From contig OZ076409.1 of the NCBI GenBank assembly GCA_964187785.1, positions 83,392,001 through 83,456,000 of the forward strand: a stretch of DNA of 64,000 nt, written 5' to 3'. The DNA comes from Amphiscolops sp. MND2022. Lineage: Eukaryota. A model generated the notes under the pieces. The model was not told where the DNA came from. It did no database searches and saw nothing but the letters and a program-made list of their open reading frames with translations. Below are positions 14,562 to 25,943 of this stretch, one piece after another (within the stretch, counting starts at the first letter, position 1; each line of letters starts with the position of its first letter). Both the position numbers and the translations under genes were made by a program.

Positions 14562-14754
14562 TGTGGTAGATATCAAAGATCGTAGACTTATTTGTAAACA
14601 ATACCTGTTAAACCTTAGTCTGAATCTTGTTAACTTTATTCACTTTGCGTGACTGCCTCTATAGGAAACAGATTGCTTCAAACATTCAATTTTCAATTCA
14701 TCAATACAACATTCAATTCCTCTACATTGTTTTTGCTTGAGTTCATCGTCAACA
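14562..14754 (+). repeat. 3' LTR of element 1
   Basis: TG...CA ends, preceded by the polypurine tract and followed by the TSD GTGCT. Confidence 0.95.
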
Positions 14755-15029
14755 GTGCTGGAACATCATCAAAACATTCGCAATTCGTATAAAAGTTGCC
14801 TGATGTGGCCTAAACTGAATGAAATTTTGTTTCGCGTGCCAGTCGAGGCCTTTTTCCAAGAAACAACTGACCATATCTTTTCTGAAATCGTCTATCGTAC
14901 TGGATAGCCTTTTGACTCCGCGTTAAAGCCCATGGATATGCTAAACCGCAGAAACTGCGAAGAGTACGAAATGCTGACAAAACGTGAAGAACCTCAATTC
15001 CGTAATTTTAAAGGGTATGAAATAGTATG

Positions 15030-15904
15030 TTTTTAGTCACCGTTTTCAAAGAAAAAACACGACTCTTACAGTGGCTTGTTTTTTTCGTCAGTTGAACCTG
15101 ATAGGTCCACTTTTTGTCTACTGTGCACTTTTACCATAAGTACTTAGTACTTGATTTTGAACGCATCCAAAGCCTATAACGTGATATACAAAACCATTAC
15201 AGAGAAGAAGGGTCTCCTTTTCCACTTTTTCGACACGATGAGACTTTCCCTTTTTTCGGCTTTGAGAGACTTTTTCAAACTTTTAGCATTAATTGATGTC
15301 TCTGATGGGTCTTTTAATGTTTGATATTTTTTTTGATATTTTGCAACAGAATGGATGTTAAAAATCTCAAAGGGTCCCCCCTTTTACATTTCTCGGCACT
15401 ATGAGACTGTTCAGAACTATGAGACTTTAATTTTTTGTCTGATTTTAGTTTTTTTCAATAGATATCCACCAATAATTTTTTTATTACCATCCGAATTTTT
15501 TCAAGACCGGCGTTTTTTCGGTAACGTGCGCCTTTTTTTCTAATTTGTTCTTATCGAAGCCCCTCCTTGATTTTTTTACTAGAAATCAATGATTTGCAAG
15601 CAAATAGGATTCGTTAGGGGTTTCGGCACTATGCAACTTACCGGAAACATTGTCTGAGAAAATTTTTGCAAAAAAAATTGCAATCTTTCGTTTTTTGACA
15701 AGTTTTCGGGTAAGCAAGATGTTTTTTTTGCTGCTTCCAGTTGAGGAAAAGTAGTTTTCGAGTCTTATGCGTATCCCTTCGGGTATCATTTGGCACTGTA
15801 AAATCGATGAATTTTCAACAAAAAGGTCCTTTTGCATATATAGAAAAAACTTTACTTTTTTGAACCTTGAGCGGGTCGCCGACTTGCGCCGTTCCTGGCT
15901 CGTT
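15030..15904 (+). mobile_element. Helentron/HINE-like family A, older copy
   Basis: 5' end TTTTTAGTCACCG..ACGACT..CAGTGGCTT, internal GCAACAGAATGGATGTT..AAGGGTCCCCC, and 3' end CGCCGACTTGCGCCGTTCCTGGCTCGTT all align with 37560-38228. Confidence 0.72.
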
Positions 15905-16731
15905 CATTATTGAAGGCTGTGACGTCACGATTCTAACTCTTCGATATGTTCAAAAACTTCCACAAGAATTGCAAAGGAGATCTGACTTCTAACACCATGA
16001 ACAACTGGTTTTAGAGGTTTCTTTAGTGCAAACACTCCTAGTGATGACCCATGCACCTTAGAAATTGAAAACTTCAAAAAAAATCAAGTATAATGTTAAA
16101 TGAAACTCAATTCCCTGATTGGTGAAAGTATATGATGTTGCTGGAATGACATTTTGTGGACTGGAATGAGAAAAAGATTGAATGTAAACTGAATTAAACT
16201 GTTCTATTTTATAGACAAAATTTATAAATAACAATCATAGTCACGTAACCCTGCTTCAATCAAAATATCATGAAATTTGTTCTCTTCATTATTACCAATT
16301 GCCGAACATAAAAAGTTTTCAGAGAATAAAACCGATTGCGAATAATTGAATAATTTGGCAGTTATGCGTTGAATTATACCTGCAAATGAGAGTATAACAA
16401 TAAAAAGTATATATAGAGAGATCTGGATGGATGTCGTAAAAACAAAAGGTTGCTGATCCCTGCCAGTGCCAGAGCCACGGCTACATCCAGTGCCGCGGTT
16501 TTCGGCAACAGAACCAAAGAAGAGCAATTTGATCAGTTTTGCGTAAAATTCAAATAAATTTAAATAATTATTAGCACCATCAGCTTTTCTATGCGGTGGC
16601 CACTAAAGTGTGTGAAAAACCGGCCGCAGGTGAAAACGTAATTATGATACCTCCATTGCTGCTGACATCTGTCGCTGGCATCCAAAGCCATCCAAAAGGG
16701 CCACAGGGGCCAGAGTTTTCCCTCTGCCTCC

Positions 16732-16779
16732 CTAGGTGTGGATGGAGTCCATCACGTGGGCTGTGGGGTCCATTAGAGC
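16732..16779 (-). CDS. Meis: Meis terminal coding exon 13 (ALMDPTAHVMDSIHT*)
   Basis: ttttttctag|GCT CTA ATG ... ACC TAG; resembles the VMDIHAQ* end of Meis1B/Meis2-type proteins. Confidence 0.82.
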   Translation of the reverse strand, partial: ALMDPTAHVMDSIHT

Positions 16780-17086
16780 CTAGAAAAAAAACAAACGTGA
16801 TGTTAAATTTCATGTGTACATTATGGGCAACATCGATAACACAAAATCATCCGTGATGTGTTAAAAGATTGCAAATTTTGGTTGCTGTGAATAATAGTTC
16901 ACACGGATAATAATTGAACGCTCAAATTCATAGAATAATTTCATAGAACGCTCAAATTCAATCATTTTTAGACTTCGGCTCACTGAAAGTGGGTTTCTTT
17001 GAAGGTTTCTGTGTCAAATTTCAGTTACACTGTTCCTCTTATAAGGTAACGATGATTTTTAGCGTTTCTTTGGAGGAAACTTTTAA

Positions 17087-17591
17087 CCCAAGTTAATTTT
17101 GCAAAATTCGTCCTAAATTCTTACCAATTATGCATTTCTTACAAGAATCTTACGAGTTTGTACAAAAATCGCAAATTTTGCAAGTTTATTAAAGCGTTGA
17201 ACATTTCTTTACAAGAGTCTGATAACATTTTTGCAAAATTTGTATCTATTTGTAAGAAATTATTACAAAAAATGCAATGTGTTATTTCGACCAAAAATTC
17301 GTTCAAGATTTTCCGGACCCATTTTGTTTCTTTTTCTGAATAACATCTGAATTAAAAGTCTGTATCTATGTCAGGGTTACCTTAATGACCCGGGTAGCAT
17401 CAAGGGTGCTTTTCGGCACCGCGTTTCCCGAAGCCGCTTGTAGGTAGGATTTTGGGTTTAGATTTTGGGTTAGATTGTCATAAAATCGCAAATTTTGCAA
17501 GAATCTTGTAAGAGTTAGTGTCAAATAATGCATTTTCTTACAAGAGTTTTTGTAAGAATTTTGCAAAAGATGTGAATTTTTTCAACTAGGG
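17087..17591. repeat. MITE-like repeat rich in TTCTTACAAG/TTTTGCAAG, with CCC(A/T)AGTT..AACTAGGG ends
   Basis: Imperfect terminal inversion; a related reversed segment lies at ~1635-1859. Confidence 0.55.
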
Positions 17592-18120
17592 CTTCAAATC
17601 AAAATTGCTCATAAAATAGATTTTTGGACCTGAAGCTGGTTTCGATAATCCTTCAATTTCAGAGAAAAAAAGCATCTATGAAACAAAATATGAGACTAAT
17701 TTGAGTAAAGTAAGTTAAGTTAATTTATTTGGATGTTGTGTATACTCACGTATATATAACAAAACGTAAGAAACGAAACGTCGATAGAAACAAAAATCGG
17801 TTTTATAATATATTTACATGAGTATACTATAAAACCTCAACTTTATTGAAATTAAGCACATCCAAAAAGGACGAAGAAGGAGCACCAGTGCTCTTCGAGT
17901 TCTCGCCCCCGAGAGCAAAACCTGACACATACTTTTTCTTTAAAAAATCTTGTGAGGTAGTTGTATCTAACGATGAGATATTCAGGAAAATATTGAAAAA
18001 AGGAGTTTATTATCTCTGACGTACAAAATAGCAAGTTTCTGTATAAATGACCTTATTTGTCCCGGGTTCATCTTATCAAGTTTTGAAGGTATAAATTCCA
18101 TCCACCGGTTAAATATTTAC

Positions 18121-18377
18121 CTGTCCATGATGGTAATGCTGGTGGTGCAAAGCTGCATGGGGTGGCATGATCATCGCTGCGTGGGGGTGTCCTGGGATGA
18201 GCATGGCTGCCTGCGAGGGGTGGTGGTGGAAACCCGAGGCCGCCGCTGCTGCTGCTGCCGCCCCATTGGCCCCCACAGCCGCGTAGTTGGCGAAGCCAGA
18301 GGCAGTGGCCGCCGCTGCGGACATCTCCACTGGGTTGCCACCGTGCGCCAGGGTCGCTGCTGCGGCTGCGTGCATCA
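18121..18377 (-). CDS. Meis: Meis exon 12, Ala/His-rich (MMHAAAAATLAHGG...HHQHYHHGQ)
   Basis: gtttcag|TG ATG ... CAG|gtaaat; GC-rich, 257 nt, phase 1 in and phase 0 out. Confidence 0.87.
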
Positions 18378-19004
18378 CTGAAACGAAAAAATTTAAATGA
18401 ATAGAAATAACTAAATACAAATATATATCTGCTCTTCGATAGATGGAAATATAGTTGACTTCCAAATGTTTTCGATGTCAGATTACTGAATTTGTGAGCT
18501 GAATATATATTTATTTAAAATAAGGGAAGAGCGACTGATGTTTTTTGTTTGAAAAAAAGTTAGATTTATCATATAATTGTCATAACCATCAGCTTGCAGA
18601 GAAAACTGCAATACTAGTCAGTCATAATTGCAACTGGACAATTTTCCCGGCAAAGTGCACATTCAAATCCGGTCCTTGTTTTTTGTTTCGTGTGTGGTAG
18701 AGCGTAAAGCTTTTGAAAGAAAATTTCAGTTTAGCACCAGTATAAAAAATAGTTGTTGACAAACAACCCATATTAAGCTTCTGCTTAGCTGAGTCTTTTT
18801 ACAATATGGTCTCGCTAAAATACTGTTGTTCGTTGATTATCTCTTCTTCTCAAAGCATTAGACTACAGACCATAGCATCGTGGCTAATGGGAACTCGTGT
18901 CTAGTTTCAATATTTAACATTCGATGAATTCACGACAAAACGGCAAATGAATGATGTTTAGGAGTTGATGTTGAAGAGAGATGAGAGATGGAATGTGTGC
19001 TAAC

Positions 19005-19094
19005 TAGGATGATGTCTAAGGTAGGGTCCCTGCTGACTATCTAGCATGAATGCGCCCATCTGAGAAGCATCACCTGCATAAGCTGTCGGCATGC
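19005..19094 (-). CDS. Meis: Meis exon 11 (GMPTAYAGDASQMGAFMLDSQQGPYLRHHP)
   Basis: ttttcag|GC ATG ... CCT A|gttagc; 90 nt, phase 1/1; resembles the post-homeodomain ...PMGGFVMDGQQ segment of vertebrate Meis. Confidence 0.85.
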
Positions 19095-21016
19095 CTGAAA
19101 ATAAACCCCGTCTTCAAAAAGAAAATATTATTGAGAAAAAAATAAATTTCAATGAAAACTTGTTACTGTTTATAGATTGAGATGACAACGTTTTCAAGAA
19201 ACTATTTTTCAAGGAGTTTTGACAATAGATCATGACATCAATATGCTGTATCATGTGTGATTTTTGTTACGTCATGATAACCCCACAAGTTCTGATCATT
19301 TTGATGAAATTTTGTTATTGTGGAAAAACTGTGAGTCATTGGCATTGTTCGAACGTACAGACTATACAATTGAAATTCAAAAAAAAGGATTTTTCCCTTT
19401 TTTGACAGTGCTCAAAAGTTCAAATGGAAAACATCGAAACTGGTTGTTGCGTAGAAATTCCTGAACCTTCACAACAATTCTGGAATCCCTGGAGGATTTG
19501 GCTATTTCTGGACTTGTGTATGTGATGAGAGTAGTAGGCCAGGGAGGATAGGGAAACAAAAAAGGAGGGTAGAAACTTTCTGTAGAGAGAAATATGGGAG
19601 AAGAAGCATGAAGAAAGCGTGGATAAAGTGTGAATAAAAGGTGAGAAGGGAGAAGCGTCATGAGAGGGATGGGACGAGGAAGAGCAGAGGCTTGCTTCGA
19701 TTCTTGTACGCTTGCGACACGTCAATCACATAATTAAGGTATTAAAAAGGCTTTTTGGGGGTCGAAATTGAAATAGAATTGAACAAGAGAGGAATTTTGT
19801 AAAGAATGGATTTGTAATTAGATTTACGCAATATGACATGCACATTGAAGCGCTCCATATCGGTTATAATTATCAGCAATAATCGGATTCATTATCGTAC
19901 CAGCATTTGATCCCCGCAATACTCTATTAGCATTTTCTTCTCGGTCTTCTCCATTTCGCCCAACTAACTAACCAACCCCTAACCAACTTACGTCACCCTG
20001 CCATCCAAGAGCCAACAAGCCCTAACCCATGATGGTATATAAAAGCAACTGTTCTTTAAACTTACACCAAATCGGATCTCATTTCATCAAAACTGCCCCC
20101 ATAAAATGCCGATCCTATAGCATATTTACACGTGCATTCGCACCGCATTTTTCATCGAGCGTGCGAAAAAAAAACTTTTCTTGAACAAAATTCAGTTTGA
20201 GTAAAACAGCGGTAAAGCATCCTTATGTGCATGTATTTTTTGATAGCGATGATTTTTTTCTACATTAATCCTAGTTAAGAAAAATATTTAGTTATTTAGT
20301 GTGTATGAGAACATGCCAGAAGTTTTTTGCTATTTTTAAAAGGAAAGCCATTTGTACCCATCCGTTTATGAAACTTCGAAAAAACATCTTGTTTATATGA
20401 GCCCCCGACTTGACCGTGCAAGAGGCAGTGAAATGGGTTACAGAGGAACTCTGTCTTTAAAAGGTTTTTCGTGCATCAGTGTGGAAGTGCTTTCGACAAA
20501 TTTGCTATTGATTTATGATTCAGTTGAATTGAATGAATGAAATGCAAAAATGCAAGACCTATTTCTGATGATTGCGCGCAATACTCTTTCACGAACAACT
20601 TCAACTTGAGCGGAATGATTTTTAGGAACATTTGCTTTGATAGTCGTACTTTTTTGGAGCAACATGAGTAAATATGTGGGTCGGCGCAGAGGAAAAAGTT
20701 GTGTGACTTTGAATGCCTAATGGAGTGGAATTTAGGGAGAGATCTCAAAAGTGTATTAGTGCACTCATTAGAGCAATTATCTAAGCAAGAATAAATTATG
20801 GAGCATCGCAACTCCTTTCAGCGCGGAAGAGAGGCCAGTGGAGGTGGGAGCCCATCCAGTGATACAGGGAGCCGGACAATAAAGACGCCCGTCCTAAGTA
20901 TTCAATTAAAATTCACGCAGGGAAAGTTGAAGGTTTCACAAGTTGGATACAGGATGAGAAAAGTGTCAATCATCTCCCCCCAACCCATGGGTGCTCACTG
21001 TCCCCATTCTCTTATA

Positions 21017-21045
21017 CTCTCTCTCTCTCTCTCTCTCTCCCTCTC
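21017..21045. repeat. (CT)n microsatellite
   Basis: Read directly; similar (GA)n tracts at ~32118-32138 and ~41900-41925. Confidence 0.85.
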
Positions 21046-21710
21046 TGTGCTTCTCTCCCCTCATTGTATCATTATATACACTACTACCCCTACCCCTCAT
21101 TTGAGGGAATCATAGTATAGTAATTGTCATAATTAGAAAAAGGAAAGTTCACAGGTGATTTTCGTGAGATTCCAAAAAGTTCAAACTACATTTTATTCCG
21201 GTAGTTAAATGAAAGTCCTGTGAAAAGATTAAAGTCCATATTAGTTAGTGCTATATGGAAAATGACGTCGGATTTTCAAAATTTTATTCATTTTATTTTT
21301 TAATACGGTCACCCTCTCGTTTTTTTTGAAACTGTGCGACTTTTAAAAAAATTCATTCCATAAAAAGGTTCTCACTGATTATTGAATTCAGTGATATTTT
21401 CTGTTAGAGGAAAATTTCAAGCCCAAAGGGCCCTCTATTTGAACATTTTTCGGATCTGTGAACCTTTCAAGACTTTTCAAAAACAGTTCCTAGGCCATTT
21501 GAAGTATTTTGCTCTTGTTGAGCCTTCATACCATTCTCGAGTTGTTTCTTTTCCATTGACAATTAATCTTGCTGCTCAAATGAAAATTAAGCACATTTTT
21601 TTAAAATTCAAGTCGGAACAATCAAGCTTCCGTTTTTGTAATGCAAAAGTATGAAGTAAACAATAATAATTTTTTGGCATTTTCGGAAAAGTTTAATGAA
21701 TATTTCTCAC

Positions 21711-21769
21711 CTGCTCTGTTGGACTGGTCAATCATGGGTTGCACAATTCGTCGTCTTGCGTTGATAAAC
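21711..21769 (-). CDS. Meis: Meis exon 10, homeodomain helix 3 (FINARRRIVQPMIDQSNRA)
   Basis: ttttcag|G TTT ATC ... GCA G|gtgaga; 59 nt. Confidence 0.97.
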
Positions 21770-22699
21770 CTGAAAAAAAAACATTCGAGCTTGATTCAAA
21801 AAATCATGTATTTCCACAATGTTAGCTGTTCATTCGAGTCCTTTTTTCGTTAAACATTGATTTTTTTCACGTTGTTTTTGAGAATAAATTAATACTTTCG
21901 AAACATTGTAAGCTAAATGATGAGCTGATGTAATACCATTTTTGAACTTCGTGAAACATACAATCCATCCAAAAACCAAAACCTTGAATTATTCGTTGAG
22001 AGCATTGAATATTTCAAGAGCACAGTCTGAAATCTTCATTTCAAGCTGAGCATAAGTAGGCTCAAAACCAAAAAAAACATTAAGCGCGTCATTCAGAGCA
22101 TTTGCTGAGCTCAGTTAAAATATTCAAAAGGTGCAAAACCGCATTTTTGTCATAAAATAATTTTAATGCTTTCATGTGAACCTGTAAAAGTCTAAACGAC
22201 ATAAGTTGGAGAGTTTTGATTCAAGTCTTAGTTAGTCAATTAAACTCTTCAACTGCAATGTGCTTGAAAAGGTCTGATTTTCGAAGTTTAATTGAGCTGA
22301 AATCATGTAAACTTTGACAGTTACACTATCATTTACTTTGTGTGCGCACGTTTGAACACTTTTTTGTTTCATGCGTTTAGTCATAGAGAATTACAACGCC
22401 AAATTACCGCCCTTGAGATTCCGATGATGGTGCTTTATTAGTTATAACACCAGCATGGTACCTTGATGATGCGCTCACAAAAATTGTTACTTCAAGTGCT
22501 AAAACATTTTAACTGGTGTTTAAATGCCTGAATGAGCCAGTGAATCTTTGTTTTCACACTTTAAGCACTCGTATTAGAAGTTTTCAAGTGAATTTTTGAT
22601 ATTAATTTCGCCTAATTGATGTCTTGTGGTCTTGGCCTAATTTTTTCACAGGCCTGTTAGCAAGAGAGACAGATTGTTTGTAAAGAAATGAGTACTAAC

Positions 22700-22776
22700 C
22701 AGTTATTAACTTGGAGAATGGTGAGCCCGGTGTCTTGAGCCAATTGCTTTTTCTGTTCTTCGGAAGGATACGGATG
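22700..22776 (-). CDS. Meis: Meis exon 9, homeodomain ([26 protein letters not shown])
   Basis: tttcag|CAT CCG TAT ... AAC TG|gttagt; 77 nt; contains the TALE PYP motif. Confidence 0.97.
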
Positions 22777-23259
22777 CTGAAAAATTGCTTGTTTTCAACA
22801 ACTATTGAACTTCTTTTCTCATAACTTGAATATAGCTTTGACATCTTTGAAAGAATGAAAAACCTTTTTGTCAGCGTTTTCCTTTTCTTTCATGTGATGG
22901 CAACAATCGTATTTTAAACTTTGGATCTCTGTGACATCGAAAATAAAATAAGCTGAGCCATACCTTTGATTTTTACTTTTCATGAGAAATAAAAAATTTC
23001 AGTTTCAACGAATCATTTTACACAATTTTTTCCGACATATTATCAATGTGCTTGATGAATGCTGGAGTATTTAGAATTCTTTCCATTTGGCTCAGTGGTT
23101 ACCGCGTGTTTGGGTGCGGTGATGGGCACTGGGAAGCAGATGTGAGTTCGCATTCCTAGCAGTGCTGAAATTTTTCTTTGCAAAGGTAGACGAGACCAAA
23201 GGATCCCTACAAATTTGATTTTGGAGCTTCTAGTTTCGCGAGATGCCCAAATGGTGCAG

Positions 23260-23910
23260 TTTTTCCGCAGATTTCGTGACATAAGCCTAATTTTCAAACT
23301 TGTGAGGCAAATTTCTCTGAAATAAGAATAGACATGGATACCATGTTTTAGCTAAACGTCGCGCCAGAACCTAGGCTCACCTTCATCGTTAAAGAACTTT
23401 AAAAAATCAACTTCATCGTTGAGGAAGTTTTGAAAAAAGTAATTTCTCTTCTTCGATCTCCGATATCTCAAAACTAAAACCGAATACAGAGTCCATGGTT
23501 TCGTCAATTGTACGAGGAGTTTGTAGGCTACATTTTAACCCTAAAATGATGTCAAAAATATTTTTCAAACTTGTATTTTTTTCGGACAACAAATGGATTT
23601 TGAAATTGTCTGGTTTTTTTCCAATTTGTAGCTCACATTTCTCAGAACTGAAGATAGACACGGAAGCCATTCTCCCTCAGAACGTGCGGCAGGGATGTAC
23701 GCTAGTTTTTATAATCAAAAGTTCCGTCATCAAGTATGACGCCTTCGTTTTTCTTCCAAAAAATACTTGAAAACCATTTTTTCTCAGTTCTTCTTTTGAA
23801 CAATTCCTGATTTGAGACTAGATAAGTTCAAAATATTTTGAGCCTTGGAACCTACACATATCGTATCACCTTCTGCACGCCGTTGAACGTTTCTGCTCGA
23901 AGGCAAGCGC
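23260..23910 (+). repeat. Second copy of the 4660-5490 repeat, in Meis intron 8
   Basis: Shared blocks such as CCAGAACCTAGGCT, AAGTATGACGC and TGAACGTTTCTGCTCGAAG.CAAGCGC in the same order. Confidence 0.7.
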
Positions 23911-25752
23911 GACATGCCATCGCGCCTTTGTTGTTTTTTTTGTTTCCAGTTGAGTAAAAGCGTTTTTCGAATCTCAAGTGTCTCCTCTTTGGTTATCTTT
24001 TGGTACTGGGAAATTGGTAATTGTCCTTGAACATAGTTGAAAGACTGCTCTTTTTGAGCCTCAAGCGTGAAGCCGACTCGGTCATTGTTTTCGTCAAATG
24101 AAATATTGACGTTTTTAATCGTTTTGCCAAGGAGAAAGAAAGGTAGCAACCCTACATTCATGAATTTTGTTTTCAGATCTGTAGAGGTATTTTTAGTTGA
24201 CACTATTCCGCTACTTTTCGTTGATGTTAAAGGTCTTGTAAGAGTATAAAAAACAACCGGAGTCCCGTTGCGCCTCATGTGTTCAATGATTCCAGTGAGG
24301 CAATTTTGTCCTTTTAACCACAAGAGTGATAAAACTTCATTTTAAGTCTTCCATTTGCTCGAAGGATGCTTTTAAAGCTTATGCCTTCGTGTCCATTTTA
24401 AATATTTTGGTTATAAAAAGTAATACTTCTGATTATCATTGGTTGTCAAAACTAATAGTTTTCAAACTCTAATGCAGCATCATTTTCGAGATTTACACAA
24501 AAACAAACGAAAAAATATTTGAATGCCTTGAAGCCTATTTATATTGAATCTTTATCGCACATTGTCAAGTTTTGTTGACGTGGTCGTGTTAATTGTTAGA
24601 AATTCAACCGAAATTGGTTGTCAGAAAAACTGGAAGTATTTTAAATCTCAAGTTAACACGCCACAAAAAATTCAGAGATTATAACTTCAGAACTTTGTCA
24701 TTTTTAGCAACTAGACAAACCCTTAAAACTTTTATCCATGGGAACGAAATTGAGCAGAGCGAGAAAAAAGCAATATAACGAGTTTGCATTTTCAACATCA
24801 AGTTTATTTTTCTTTCATCAGTTTCCCAAATAGACCAATTAAGAGGCAATTGTGTTATAAATGTCGAGACAATATAACTAGGAAGAGACATAAAAACCGG
24901 CAAAAAGTCGAAGTTGTGCCTCAAAATTCAGCCGGGCCAGCCCCTTGCTTAACTCCCCCGATAGCAAAGAAACGTCGGGCCGCCGATGCGAGACTCGGGG
25001 TGTATTAGTTGAAAGTGGAAGAGGGTAATGAGCCGTAGGGGTTTCAAGGGAGCGCGAAGCGAGAAACGCAGTGGCGTATGCAAATCAGTGAGTGTATCAG
25101 CCAGCCATTTCCTAGATAAATTACGAGCACTTGCTGACAGAAATTAGCACTTAGCAAAACGGAAATTTTCCCCATTTCCTGCCCTCATCAAAGCAGCTAC
25201 CCTCTCCTCTCCTCTTTCCCACTCTTTCAGGGGTATCTGCTCTGCTCCTTGCGTCTTGATCAGCTCTGCTCACAACAACAACTAGAAACACCTTTTTCCC
25301 CTCACTGAAAACATCCCCCCTCTTATAACCCAACCCGACTGGTCCAGCCCCAGAAAACAAGCGACGCAGAACCACCAACAGCTTTCAACTTCTCCTTCTT
25401 TTCCTTAAAGAAGAAATACTTCTCAGATTCATCTGCTCGCCGGATTTGCAAGCAACGGCCATTAAAAGCTCCCGCAAAACAAGGCGAAACAACACTTACA
25501 ATACTCATCAGAAATTTACACTATTTTCACAAGAAAAAGTAATCAAGTGATTATCCAAACAAAACATTATACTCGACTAAAGTTACTTTCTTCTGCTTTT
25601 ACATAAACAAAAAGTGATTAAGTGATCATCCAAACAATGACTGAAAATTAGGCGAAATGTTTTTTTTTAAAAAATTTTTGCTTCTTCCAATATTTTTGTA
25701 AGTAAAGTGATTAAGTGATCATAATCAAGCGATAATAAAATAGTCAACTCAC

Positions 25753-25943
25753 AGTTAAGTGTTGGAACAGCCAAGCGCGCATAATATTGGTGGCGGTCTT
25801 GGGAAAAATTCCACGTTTCTTCTGTGGCTTTTTTGGGTCCTCGTCCGATCCGGCTGGAGACGTGATGTCATTGGTGACGTCATTCTGATGACAATTAGCA
25901 TTTCCGTTGACGGGACTGAAGCTCTCGGAGCGATCAGAAATTT
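25753..25943 (-). CDS. Meis: Meis exon 8, homeodomain N-terminus ([23 protein letters not shown])
   Basis: ttttag|AA ATT ... ACT|gtgagt; canonical Meis helix 1. Confidence 0.96.

Larger units (their letters stand above)
9523..14754 (+). mobile_element. Ty3/Gypsy LTR retrotransposon, full-length but degenerate (element 1)
   Basis: ~193-bp LTRs (9523-~9713 and 14562-14754, ~95% identical by eye); 5-bp TSD GTGCT (9518-9522 and 14755-14759); polypurine tract AAAAAGGGGGAA before the 3' LTR; domain order gag-PR-RT-RH-INT. Confidence 0.96.

Noticed and set aside
21711..25943. Assignment of the gene as PKNOX/Prep or TGIF
   Set aside because: [19 protein letters not shown] and IVQPMIDQSNRA are Meis-type sequences.
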